The translations under genes and the position numbers were made by a program. From NCBI GenBank assembly GCA_963760795.1, contig CAVXEP010000004.1:96001-160000 (forward strand): 64,000 nucleotides of DNA, written 5' to 3'. Origin of the DNA: an uncultured delta proteobacterium. Lineage in GTDB: Bacteria; Desulfobacterota; Binatia; UBA9968. Positions within the stretch are counted from its first letter, which is position 1, and every line of letters begins with the position of its first letter. This document shows, one piece after another, positions 52,155 through 62,211 of the stretch. A model generated the notes under the pieces. That model saw nothing but the letters and a program-made list of their open reading frames with translations, had not been told where the DNA came from and did not search any database.

Positions 52155-53729
52155 ATGGACGCTCGCGGAACCGCTGCGCCGGCGATCGATATCGATCGGA
52201 TCACGGCGGCGAGCGACCACGCAATCCACGATCTCGTCCGCTATCTCGCCGCACCTAGGCATCGGCCGCAACTCATGCAGCTCCTCGCCGACTCGCCGGC
52301 CTGGCTCATCGCGAAATCGCGCCGGCTCGGCGGCGACCAGTCGGTATTGGAGGACGTGCAGATCGCGATCGACAGCTTTCACGATCCGCTCGCCACCGCG
52401 GACGTTATCAACTTGCTCCGCCTATATGCGGTGCGGGGCGCGGTGCAACAGCGCGCGACCCAGCGTGAAGGCGGTGGGCTGGACAGGCTCGTCGCGTCGG
52501 GCCGGTTGACTGATGCGCTCGACGCGGCTCTCGTGCTGGCCGAACCAACCGAGAGGTTCGGCGCGCTCAAGATAATCTGGGCGTCGCTGACATGTCTGCC
52601 TGGTAGCTCGGCCGAGGCGCACGCAAACATTCTGCTCCACGCCGGCGATGCGGCCAACGAGATGCCGAACGAATTCTTAACGGGGCAGGACCGCGCCAAC
52701 GCACTAAGCTGGCTTATCGACGAGTTCCTCGCGCTCGGCGAAAACGACGCCGCGCACGAGACCCTCAAGCGAATGAGTCGTACGATTGGGGATCGCGAAG
52801 ACGCCGTTGTCCGTGTGTTAGTGGGTGACGCAAGAGCAGGCCGTCTCGACGCAGCGCTCACGTTAATCCCTGGGATCTACAACGTCTGGCAGGATAGCAA
52901 AGCGCGAACTGCGCTCGCTCGAGAGCTCTGGCTCGCTCGGCGATACGACGACGCGCTGAAGCTTAGCGGGGAGGTGGGGGCGTTCGTTCGGACGCGGGTG
53001 CTCGCCGCGATCATCGAGGTGTTCGACACTCGCGATGTCAGTACGAGACAGCCATTGCTCGACGACGCACTCGCGACTGGCCGTGCGATTCCGCCGATCC
53101 CCGATACCGAGACCGAAAATCCATGGGATCTGAAGTGTGCCGGCCTTCGGTCGCTCGCCAACGCGCTAGCGTCGATTGGCGACTTTGCTCGCGCGCGAAT
53201 TGCCGCCGACGAGATTCCGCACATCGTCGACTCGGCGTTAACGTGGAGCGATGTCGCCGCCACAGCGCGCCGCGCGGGCAATCACGCCCTTGCCCGAGAG
53301 CTCCTCAATGCCGCGAAGGCCGCCGCAGAACACCTGCGTAACCGCGACATTCACGCGAAGCTCGCCCTTGCACTAGCGGCGGAACTCTCCACGCCTCTCG
53401 ACGTCAGGTTTAGCCTCACTGACGTCCTCCAGGCTCTCATCGGCGAAGGACGATCCACAATGGCACTTGACCTGATCGAGTCCAGCGTGAGCGGCGATCG
53501 CGATCAATTGATCAACCGGGCATTGCAGGCGACGACATGGTCCGAGCCGGAGCGACGTCGCCTGACGCAGATCGCCGCAAGCAATGGCGCCTTCAAGAGC
53601 CTCAACGTCGGCACTGCGGTCGAACACCCAACCCCGGAGCCTCGCGTGCAAAGTGCGGTCGACGTGACGCGGCGTCTCGCCGCGCTCGAGTCCCAGCATC
53701 GCGACGCTCGTGAGCGTCCAGCTCAATGA
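52155..53729 (+). CDS. Helical-repeat (TPR-like) protein with a STAND helical-domain-like N-terminus; possibly the 5' part of one ~1050-aa gene
   Basis: AAGGAGG then ATG 52155. Repeated 'A..AA..I..R..AL..LA.ALA..G' units. Confidence 0.72.
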   Translation: MDARGTAAPAIDIDRITAASDHAIHDLVRYLAAPRHRPQLMQLLADSPAWLIAKSRRLGGDQSVLEDVQIAIDSFHDPLATADVINLLRLYAVRGAVQQRATQREGGGLDRLVASGRLTDALDAALVLAEPTERFGALKIIWASLTCLPGSSAEAHANILLHAGDAANEMPNEFLTGQDRANALSWLIDEFLALGENDAAHETLKRMSRTIGDREDAVVRVLVGDARAGRLDAALTLIPGIYNVWQDSKARTALARELWLARRYDDALKLSGEVGAFVRTRVLAAIIEVFDTRDVSTRQPLLDDALATGRAIPPIPDTETENPWDLKCAGLRSLANALASIGDFARARIAADEIPHIVDSALTWSDVAATARRAGNHALARELLNAAKAAAEHLRNRDIHAKLALALAAELSTPLDVRFSLTDVLQALIGEGRSTMALDLIESSVSGDRDQLINRALQATTWSEPERRRLTQIAASNGAFKSLNVGTAVEHPTPEPRVQSAVDVTRRLAALESQHRDARERPAQ

Positions 53730-55314
53730 GAGAGCGCAAGCACTACTCGGGGAGGTGGGGTGCATAGGCGAGAGCGCGACCAACGACACCATTCGGCTGG
53801 ACACGATTCGAATCCTCATGCGGTTCGATCGCGTCGATCAGGCGCTCCGCTTGATCCGACCCGACAAAAAGGACGAGGAGTTAGAGACGGTCGTGGGTAA
53901 CGCAGTCGATGCGGGGCGATGCACGCAAGCCATTCACATCATCGATCAGATTGGCAATCCCGCGACACACGACATCATGGTCGAGCGCATCGTCGAGCGG
54001 CTGATTGCAATGCGCCGATTCGACGACGCGATATCCGCCGGCCGTGCCGCGTCGACCTCCCTCTTCGAGCCGATGGGGCGCGTCGCGTGGAACCTCATTC
54101 GCTCTGGAGAGGTGACTCGCGGATACGAGCTCGCCAGGTCGCTCGAGGGCAATCACGTGACTGGTTCGGTGGTGGCTCTCCATGCGGTCGGCCGCCCCGA
54201 CCTCGCTCGCGAGCTGGCCGAGAAGTGCCTACGAGAGGCTCCGGGCGATCTCGAGCTCTTCGTCCAAGCACTGGCGGGCGAAGGGCTCTACCGCGAGGCG
54301 CTCACGCTGGCGCAACGACACACGGTTGGCCAGATTCGCGATCAGACGATGGCGCACATCGCGATCAGCGCCGCGTCGGTAGACGAGTTCGAGTTCGCGC
54401 TGTCTGCGGTGCGAGATATGACGAGTCGCAGAGATCAGGACAGGGTACTGCAATCGGTCGTCGCGGGACTTCAGCGTTTGGGTCGCTCGCGCGAGGCGGA
54501 GGCGATCGCCGATACGATGGCCGACTCCGGAAGGAGAGACGCGGGACTTCAGGGCCGGCCGATGCTACTCCCCGGTGCATCGATGAGCCTCTGGCTCGAC
54601 AGTGGATTACTCGCGTACATCCGTTACTCGGCCCGCAGTTTCGCGGTAGCGATGCGCGTGCCCAGGCTCACGGAACTCTCGCGCGCCTATGCCGCCGTGG
54701 GTGATTTCGCGTCCGCCATAAATGTCGCGAGAGACATTGCCAACGGTGCGGCGCAGGCTGATGAGCTGCAGCGCCTCGCCGAGCAGCTTGCGTCGCTAGG
54801 CCGGTTCGACGAAGCGTTGGCGCTGGCGCGCGACATTGGGCCCGCAATGTCGCGAGCCTTGCAGCTCCAGGGCCTGCCGCCCGGCGAGGCCGAAGTGACA
54901 GCAAATTTGACAGTCCTGTCGGATACCGCGGAGCTCGACCCCGCATCAGGCAGAGTAAACTTTCCCGACCAGATCGTGACCGCTCTCGCGGGGATCGCCA
55001 TTGCGATCCGCGAAGCTGGGCGCGCGGTGGAAGCTGAAGCAGTGGTGGCCGAAGCGCGCCGCGTTGCGACCGTGCATGAGCTCTCGGACGAGACCTTGCG
55101 GCGATTTGCTCGCGCTCTCGCTGCGCTGGACCGCTGGAGCGAAGCTATGCGTACACTCCCTGCGCATGACGCCTACGCGTTTGCGCTCGAAGTGCACGCG
55201 CTTCACGATCTGCTGAATCGATTGCAGCCTGGTCTGGCGCTCGACGCAACGAACGCGGTCACGCGTATAGCCGGGTGGTTCGACGAAACCTGGAAGGATC
55301 TCGTTGCCGCATGA
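53710..55314 (+). CDS. Helical-repeat (TPR-like) protein; possibly the frameshifted continuation of 52155..53729
   Basis: Repeats such as 'LASLGRFDEALALARDI'. No clear RBS before the GTG. Stop overlaps the next ATG. Confidence 0.7.
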   Translation: MSVQLNERAQALLGEVGCIGESATNDTIRLDTIRILMRFDRVDQALRLIRPDKKDEELETVVGNAVDAGRCTQAIHIIDQIGNPATHDIMVERIVERLIAMRRFDDAISAGRAASTSLFEPMGRVAWNLIRSGEVTRGYELARSLEGNHVTGSVVALHAVGRPDLARELAEKCLREAPGDLELFVQALAGEGLYREALTLAQRHTVGQIRDQTMAHIAISAASVDEFEFALSAVRDMTSRRDQDRVLQSVVAGLQRLGRSREAEAIADTMADSGRRDAGLQGRPMLLPGASMSLWLDSGLLAYIRYSARSFAVAMRVPRLTELSRAYAAVGDFASAINVARDIANGAAQADELQRLAEQLASLGRFDEALALARDIGPAMSRALQLQGLPPGEAEVTANLTVLSDTAELDPASGRVNFPDQIVTALAGIAIAIREAGRAVEAEAVVAEARRVATVHELSDETLRRFARALAALDRWSEAMRTLPAHDAYAFALEVHALHDLLNRLQPGLALDATNAVTRIAGWFDETWKDLVAA

Positions 55315-56891
55315 GCAGTCGCCAGCCTCGCGTGTTCGTTTCACACACTGTTCGCGACGAACGCGATCGGGCGCTCGCCCACGGAATCGCCGACGCCCTG
55401 CAGGCACGCGGGAGCAAGGTCTGGATCGCACCGGAAAGTATTCCGGCCGGCGACGATTGGGAGGAGGCGATCGTCGCTGGTGTGCTCGATGAGTGCACGC
55501 ATTTTCTCGTCATTCTGTCGGCGGCGTCGGTAAGATCGAAATGGGTCCAGGCTGAGATCGAGCTCGCGCGGCGGCGCGCGAAGAAGTCTGCTCGGTTTCG
55601 GGTGCTTCCCCTTCGCGTCGGCGATCTGAAACGGTTTCCCAACGAGAAGTATCTCGGTACGCTGCAGGCCGTCCGCTACGAGGCGATTCTCGATCAACAG
55701 GTGCAGGCCATCGCCGACGCGATCGGTCTCGTCCCGGCGCTGCCGGCGTCACACCTAGACCTTGAGGATGACCACGGCGGTGGGTTCGTCGGGCGCGATC
55801 ATGCGTTCGCCGCCATCGATCAGTTCACGACGAGTCGCGCGAAGGGATACTTCACCATCGTCGGTGATCCGGGCGCCGGGAAGAGCAGTATTCTCGGCGA
55901 GCTGGTTCGGAGAACTGGGTGCGTCGCGCACTTCAACAGTCACGCGTCTGCCATTACGACGACGCGCCAGTTCGAGGAGAGCATCTGCCGTCGGCTCGAG
56001 GTGCGTTTCGACATCCACCCGCTCGTGGCGAGCACCGCGCACCACGATGGCGAACGGCTTCGGGTCTTCCTCAAAGGCGCAGCCGAGAAAGTCGCGCGAC
56101 GTGGTGAACGACCGCTCGTTATCGCCGTCGATGCGTTGGATGAGGTGTCCGACGTAGTGCCTAACGGGCCGAATACGTTGCTGTTGCCGCAGGTCATGCC
56201 TGACGGCGTCTACTTCATCATGACGCGCCGCCGCCTAACGCTGCCGCTCGTGTCGATATCGCCGCAGACCGTCTGGGACCTGAGCGATTTCCCACAGGAA
56301 AACCGGCGGGACATCGAAGTGTACTTTCGAGCGGCCGCAAAACGCCCAAAGGTTCGGAAGTGGATCGAGTCCAGCCGCGGGCAGCTTGGAGACTTCCTCG
56401 ACACGCTGGTTGCCAAGAGCGAGCTGAATTTCATGTACGCGCATTATGTGGTGCAGGCGATCGAGAGCGAAGCCTATGAGGATGCACGACTTGACGCATT
56501 GCCGACGGGGCTCCGCGGCTACTACGAGGCCCACTGGGCACGAATGGGAATGCTCGCTTCGCCACTCCCGCGAGAGAAAATTCGAATCATCTACGCGCTC
56601 TCCGAGATCGCGCGTCCGGCATCGGTGGTGGAGATCAGCAGGTTTGCGAGCGATGACACGATAACCATCGATCCGCTGCGGGTCTCGGAGCTGTTGCGGG
56701 AGTGGAGACCCTTCCTCCATCAGGAAGGCACTGGAATAGCCGGGCGGTTCGGCATCTATCACGAGAGCTTTCGAGACTTCCTTCGCCAACAGGAAGTGGT
56801 TCAAGCAGCTGGCATATGGCTCGACGATGTGAGAGACCGCATCGTGGGGAGCCTTTGGGAGGAAGTGGCGGGCCACAAGGCCCCCTCGTGA
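55311..56891 (+). CDS. TIR domain + STAND-type P-loop NTPase + winged helix, with no C-terminal sensor
   Basis: TIR VFVSH..S..S.WVQAEIE, FVGR, Walker A GDPGAGKS, Walker B IAVDALDE, LP.GL..YY, YHESFRDFL. Confidence 0.88.
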   Translation: MSSRQPRVFVSHTVRDERDRALAHGIADALQARGSKVWIAPESIPAGDDWEEAIVAGVLDECTHFLVILSAASVRSKWVQAEIELARRRAKKSARFRVLPLRVGDLKRFPNEKYLGTLQAVRYEAILDQQVQAIADAIGLVPALPASHLDLEDDHGGGFVGRDHAFAAIDQFTTSRAKGYFTIVGDPGAGKSSILGELVRRTGCVAHFNSHASAITTTRQFEESICRRLEVRFDIHPLVASTAHHDGERLRVFLKGAAEKVARRGERPLVIAVDALDEVSDVVPNGPNTLLLPQVMPDGVYFIMTRRRLTLPLVSISPQTVWDLSDFPQENRRDIEVYFRAAAKRPKVRKWIESSRGQLGDFLDTLVAKSELNFMYAHYVVQAIESEAYEDARLDALPTGLRGYYEAHWARMGMLASPLPREKIRIIYALSEIARPASVVEISRFASDDTITIDPLRVSELLREWRPFLHQEGTGIAGRFGIYHESFRDFLRQQEVVQAAGIWLDDVRDRIVGSLWEEVAGHKAPS

Positions 56892-56997
56892 TGGAACACG
56901 CTTCACAACGTCAAGTCGCTCGGACCGTCCTGCAACAGCCCGAGCGACTTGACGGTCTTTCAATTGTCGTGCACAGCAGCTCAGCTCAACATATAAA

Positions 56998-57189
56998 TCA
57001 AAGAATCGCGTCATCCGTGCGTTGAAGTTCGGAGCCCGTTTGTGGGTCGTAGAGTATCACGGACCAGACGTCCTTGGCGGGCACACGATGCGCACTCGGT
57101 AGTTGCTTCAGTCCGCCCAGGTAGTTCCCGTCCTTGCCCTGTTCCGTAGAGGCATATTGCGAGCCCGCGCGCAACATCTTCGCCGCCAT
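56998..57189 (-). pseudogene. Fragment of a DUF1254/DUF1214-family gene
   Basis: GSQYA..DGNYL.G..VPAKD.WSV.LYDPQT..LQ remnant. Confidence 0.6.
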
Positions 57190-57231
57190 CGCGCGCGCGT
57201 TCAGAAAGGCGCCGGGGTCAGGCGTAGGTAT

Positions 57232-59072
57232 TGGTTCTGCTGAAAAACCCCTGAATTTGATTCGCGACCGCCGCTAGTAAACAGTGGTCATCGCCAAATA
57301 ATGTTACGCCAGAGAAAGTTTCACCCTCAACGAAGCCATAGCCAGGAAAATGAGCTGCGCTCCGCCCTTAAGCGGGGCTCAGAGGCGGCGTTCTCATCTG
57401 AAACGCGAGTAGATTTAGATATCGTTTTACGTTGCAAGCTGCACCTATGAAGTAATTCGATAAACCGACCCGGCTTAAGCCCCGATATTTCGTCCGTCTC
57501 ATCGCGTGCCCACGCACCAACTCGCTGTGGGTTCCCTCAATCCCGTTTCTCGGATGCATGGATTTGGAGAAACCTTTCTGTTTCATTTCTCTGCGCCGCT
57601 GCTCGACCAGATCATGGCGCAGTCCAACGACCAAAGTTCTCCGTCCACTCTTGGACCGCGTACATTGCTTTTGTACCGGACAGCTATTGCATTGATTGCC
57701 CCACTCGATGCGATAGTACTCGGTTCCCATATAGTTATCTTTGATGCGGCTGCACTGCGTGCTGAGCTTGCCCTGAGGACAAACCGCCTGGCGCTCGTTG
57801 ATATCGACATGGAACGCATCGCTATTGTAGGGTCCCTTGTGAGGATCGGGACGCGTCGGTCCTAATAACTCCATGCCGTTTTGTTCCGCCTGCGTTAAGG
57901 TGTGCTCGGTCACATAACCTGCATCGGTGTAGATCGCCCGGGGTTCGATCTCATGGTGCGCTTGTTCTCTTGTGAGCGTCTCGGTCAAGCCAGCCTTCTC
58001 GTCCTGGGCCGCTTCGACGGTCAGCATCTCGGTGATGAAATGGTCGGTGGGCTCGCCCTTTTTCTTGATCGGTTGTTGAGGATCGACAGTCTCGGTTACA
58101 TGCACCTTGTAGCCGATCCATTGCTTGCTCCTCTTATCGGCATAATGCGCATCGGAATCATGGGGGTTCTGCACCGCGCGAGGCGGTCGCTTGGGGGCGA
58201 GCTCAAGCTTTCCGTCGACCATCTCAAACTGCTCGCCAAAGACTCGCCGCAATAGTTTCACTGCTTCACGTCCAGCGAGCTTAGGATCGTTTCCGTCTAG
58301 CCACTCCAGCAGCTCTCTCATGTCTTGCCCACACTGCCGATAGCGGCGGTCGCGCTCGGTCTTGTTTAGCCGCCAATCCAGTTTGCTCTCTACATACAGT
58401 TCCCACAACCTGTCCCAAAATTCTGGCTGCTTTTTCCTCCCCACTTTTACTTTCAAATCCTCCAACGCCAAGCGCAGCGTCTCTATCGCGCACTCCAACA
58501 AGCTCATCGCCTTGACGTACCCCACGATATGCGTGCTATCGAGCCGCTGCTTGCCCTTTCTCTTCACCAATCCCAGCTCCACCAGCAACTTAACTATCCC
58601 GTCAAAGATCATCCGCTCGACTTTGTTGTCTTCCAACCGGTCGCGAAAATAAACTAACACCGTGGCATGAAACCCGGCGTAATCCAGTTCCAGATCTAAG
58701 GCGTACTTCCAACCCAGATGATACACCACGCGCTCGGTGGCCGAGCGATCTGCTGCTTTCTCCATGAACTGGAGCAGCGTCACTCCGCAAAGTAGCACCG
58801 GATCGATCCCCGGCCGGCCGTTCTCGGCGCAATACAACGCTTCAAGTTTCGGGGAAAGCTCTAAAAGCTTGGGCCAGATCTTTTCCCGAAACAACCGGTA
58901 GCGATTGGCTGGACCGAAAAGATCTCCAGCAAGATAGTCGGTATGATAAAAGCTTCTCTGTGCAGCGACGGCTCTTACGCTCATGAGAAAACGATGAAGG
59001 CGATATCGTCGCTTGTCAACGTAGATTTAACTGAACAAACAAAAAACTTGAGGGGGTTTTTCAGCAGAACCA
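57232..59072 (-). mobile_element. IS1182-family insertion sequence (1841 bp)
   Basis: Terminal inverted repeats TGGTTCTGCTGAAAAACCCC and GGGGTTTTTCAGCAGAACCA. 4-bp target duplication GTAT at 57228-57231 and 59073-59076. Confidence 0.9.
57368..58984 (-). CDS. IS1182-family DDE transposase
   Basis: GRPGIDP (DUF772-like), QRLDSTH, GYKVH, DAGY, CPQGK..C..C...C, R.GIEGT.SEL. Confidence 0.93.
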   Translation of the reverse strand: MSVRAVAAQRSFYHTDYLAGDLFGPANRYRLFREKIWPKLLELSPKLEALYCAENGRPGIDPVLLCGVTLLQFMEKAADRSATERVVYHLGWKYALDLELDYAGFHATVLVYFRDRLEDNKVERMIFDGIVKLLVELGLVKRKGKQRLDSTHIVGYVKAMSLLECAIETLRLALEDLKVKVGRKKQPEFWDRLWELYVESKLDWRLNKTERDRRYRQCGQDMRELLEWLDGNDPKLAGREAVKLLRRVFGEQFEMVDGKLELAPKRPPRAVQNPHDSDAHYADKRSKQWIGYKVHVTETVDPQQPIKKKGEPTDHFITEMLTVEAAQDEKAGLTETLTREQAHHEIEPRAIYTDAGYVTEHTLTQAEQNGMELLGPTRPDPHKGPYNSDAFHVDINERQAVCPQGKLSTQCSRIKDNYMGTEYYRIEWGNQCNSCPVQKQCTRSKSGRRTLVVGLRHDLVEQRRREMKQKGFSKSMHPRNGIEGTHSELVRGHAMRRTKYRGLSRVGLSNYFIGAACNVKRYLNLLAFQMRTPPLSPA

Positions 59073-59279
59073 GTATTGACTAATTGCCAAAACGTCAGGG
59101 GAAATTTCCGTAATACAGGTGGTTTTTGAAGCGAAGAAAGTTCCGAGGCACAGGTGTTGAAACTTGCAAGCGTGGAACCTCTCTGTCTGCTTGCTGTTGA
59201 AAACAAAAGTTTTCTGAGCGCAAAACAGAGTGACCCGAGACACTGTATTTGCCGATCTTTATGTACCTGCTAGGATGCG
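59073..59279 (+). repeat. ~207-bp direct repeat, copy 2
   Basis: Near-identical to 51637-51843. The IS is inserted at its 5' edge. Confidence 0.92.
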
Positions 59280-59444
59280 GCGAGCCAATTTTGTCGATCA
59301 TCGCGGCTGCGGCCGCCGTTGAAAGGATCCCTGCTCGGTCGGCAAATCATTGTCAAAATTGTCGCTAGTGATACAACTATCGACTGAGCGGTGACGCAGC
59401 AACCCTGACACAGAAAACTTGGAGTGCAAACAGTGGAGTCGTCC

Positions 59445-60789
59445 ATGGTGCGAGCGAAAGCGATCTACTTTATCAACCAGTTTTTCGCCGGTGTCGGCGG
59501 TGAAGACAAAGCCGACCACGCGCTTGAACTTCGGCGGGAAGCGCTCGGCCCGGCCAAATATTTTCAGGAGTTGAGCAGGGATTCCGTCGATGTTGTTGCG
59601 ACGGTTTATTGCGGCGACAACTACTTCGCCGACCACTCGAGCGCGGTGGTCGAGGCAAGTCGTCGAAGCCGTCCGTAGCAACGGCGCGACAATTTTTATT
59701 GCCGGCCCGGCGTTTGGCTCCGGGCGCTATGGTTATGCCTGTGTCGAGCTCTGCCACCATGTGACCACTGCCACGGGAATCCCTTGCTTGAGTGCAATGG
59801 CGTTGGAGAATCCCGGGGTGGAGCTGTATCAACAATACAAGGATCGGCAGGTTTATCTCTTGCCCACCGGCGAAGCGGTCTCCGGTATGAGGGATATGCT
59901 GGCGCGCATGGCGCGCTTCGCCAAGCGGTTAGCCGGTGGCACGGTCATCGGACCCGCTGTGGACGAGGGATACATCCCCCGTGGCATACGCGTCGCTGCC
60001 CTAGCGCCGAAGCGTGGGGTGGAGCGCGCGGTCGATATGATGTTGGCGAAGGTTGCCGGGAGAGATTTTGTCAGTGAAATCCCGATCGAAACCGTTGAGC
60101 AGACGCCCATTGCCGCGCCGATCGGCAATCTCAAACAGGCCCGGCTGGCGTTGGTCAGTACCGCCGGCGTAGTGGCGCCGGGCAACCCCGACGGTTTCAA
60201 AACCAATGGCAACACGCAGTGGCGCAAGTATGCCGTCGGACAGATCGACTCGATGACCGATGCGCCCTGGGACGTGTGGCATGGCGGCTACAACACGGTG
60301 TTCATGCACGACAATCCCAACTACGGCGTGCCGCTGGATAGCTGCCGCGAATTCGAGCAGGCCGGCGGCATCGGCAAAGTCCATCCCTATTTTTATTCCA
60401 TCCCCGGCTCTTTCGGCCAAATATCGATCATGCAAAACATCGGCAAAGAGATCCTGCGCGACATGAAGGAGGAAGGCGTCAGCGGCGCGCTGCTGGTGTC
60501 GACCTGAGGGACCTGCACTCGCAGCGGCGCTGCGATCGCGCGGGAAATCGAACGGGGCGGTATTCCGGTTGCGCATATCACTTCCATGGCCGAGCTGGCC
60601 AAGCAGATGAAATCGAAACGCATCGTCATCGGCACCAAGATCCCGCACCCATGCGGCGATCCCAACTTGCCGCCGGACGCGGACCAGGCGCTGCGGCGCG
60701 AGATCGTCGCCACCGCGCTCAAAGCTCTGCAGATGGACGTCGAGGGGCCGGAGACTTTCAAGCCGGCAATCTCCTACACTTCGGGATAG
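59445..60789 (+). CDS. GrdB-like selenoprotein 2 (1-nt insertion near 59655; Sec TGA at 60505-60507)
   Basis: NQFFAGVGGED, AGPAFGSGRYG.AC, HGGY, ALLVST-TGA-GTCTRSGA..IPHPCGDP, in frame to TAG 60789. Confidence 0.9.
60519..60535 (+). promoter_or_regulatory. SECIS-like hairpin, GrdB-like gene 2
   Basis: Perfect TCGCAGC-GGC-GCTGCGA stem. Loop G is 19 nt after UGA, as in locus 1. Confidence 0.75.
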
Positions 60790-60797
60790 GCTGCGCT

Positions 60798-62106
60798 ATG
60801 CGATTGGAACTGGTCAGCTTTCCAGTAACGATGGTGCGCCGTGGCACGCAGACGCGTTATCAAAACGGCGCGTTGGAAATCGACATCGACGATCTGTCGG
60901 CGCTGGTGCTGTCCGACCCGAAAGTGGCGAGCGCCGACCTCGACATCGCTTTCCCCGGCGAGAAGACGCGCATCGTGCGCGTGCGCGACGCCGTCGAACC
61001 GCGCATCAAAGTGGCTGGGCCGGGCGCGGTTTTCCCCGGTATCCTGGGACCGGTGGAAACGGTTGGCGAGGGGCGGACGCATCGGCTTGCCGGGCTCACC
61101 GTCATCGCCTCGGCGGAATATGAGCGGACGATTTTCGAAGGCACCGCAGCGGGCCGCACCGGCCTGGTCGACATGTGGGGCCTGGCGGGCGAGCTGACGC
61201 CGTTCGGCTCGACGATCAATATTGTCCTCAAGATCGAGCTGCGCGGCGGTATTTCCGAATTAGAAGCCCATACGGCTATTCAACTGGCGGAGTTGCGGCT
61301 CGCGCGCGCGTTGGCGGAGACGACCCGGGAGTTAACGACTAAAGATGTCGAAGTGTTCGAAACCGGCGCTGCCGATCCGTCGTTGCCGCGGGTTGTTTAC
61401 GTTCTCGGCTGTCGCACGGCGTGGCACGAGCCCCATTCCGGTGTCGCGCTGTACGGCTTGCCGATCCGCGAGTCGTTTCCGACGCTCCTCCATCCCAATG
61501 AATTTCTCGACGGCGCCTTCACTTCCGACGCGCGGCGCGGCGGCCGCGGCACCTTTCCCAGGTACCTGGTATTGGATGAATCAGCCGGTGGTATTGCAGC
61601 TGCTGCGCGAGCATGGCAAGCGGCTCAATTTCCTGGGCGTGATCCTGCAGCGCACCCGCTTCGAGAGCGACTTCGGCAAGCAGGTGAGCGCCATGGCGGT
61701 GTCACAAATGGCCAGGATGCTCCACGCCGACACCGCTCTGATCACTCGCACCGGACCGTCGGGCAACAATTTCATCGACACCATGATGACGCTGCAGGCC
61801 TGCGAGAGTAAAGGAGTGAAAACGGTGCTGCTGACGCCGGAATGGGGCGGCCGGCAAGGCACCGAGCTGCCGCTGATGTTTTACGTCCCCGAGGCGACGG
61901 CGATGGTGACCACCGGCAGTCTGGATCGGCTGATCGACTTTGCCGCGCCGGACAAAGTCATCGGCGCGGGCGATACTCGCGTCGTCGAAATTGCCACCGG
62001 CGATCCGCCCATCGAGCCGGCGACCGCGTTCGTCGGCGACATGAGCTATTTACAGGACGGCATCGACTGGTGGGGCGAGTCGCGCCAGTATTGCGCGGTT
62101 TATTGA
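60798..62106 (+). CDS. GrdE-like subunit, paralog 3 (1-nt insertion near 61562)
   Basis: MRLELVSFPV, RDAVEPRIK..GEGRTHRL and HPNEFLDGA, then TWYWMNQP..GNNFID..YCAVY* in the next frame. Confidence 0.87.
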
Positions 62107-62211
62107 AAGCGAACAGGCGCGGGCGAATATCCCGCAAAGGCGCCAAGATGCAAAGTTGCAAAGTTCGCTGTGCGCGAACGACACGAGTGTCAATACATAA
62201 CGAGGTGAACG

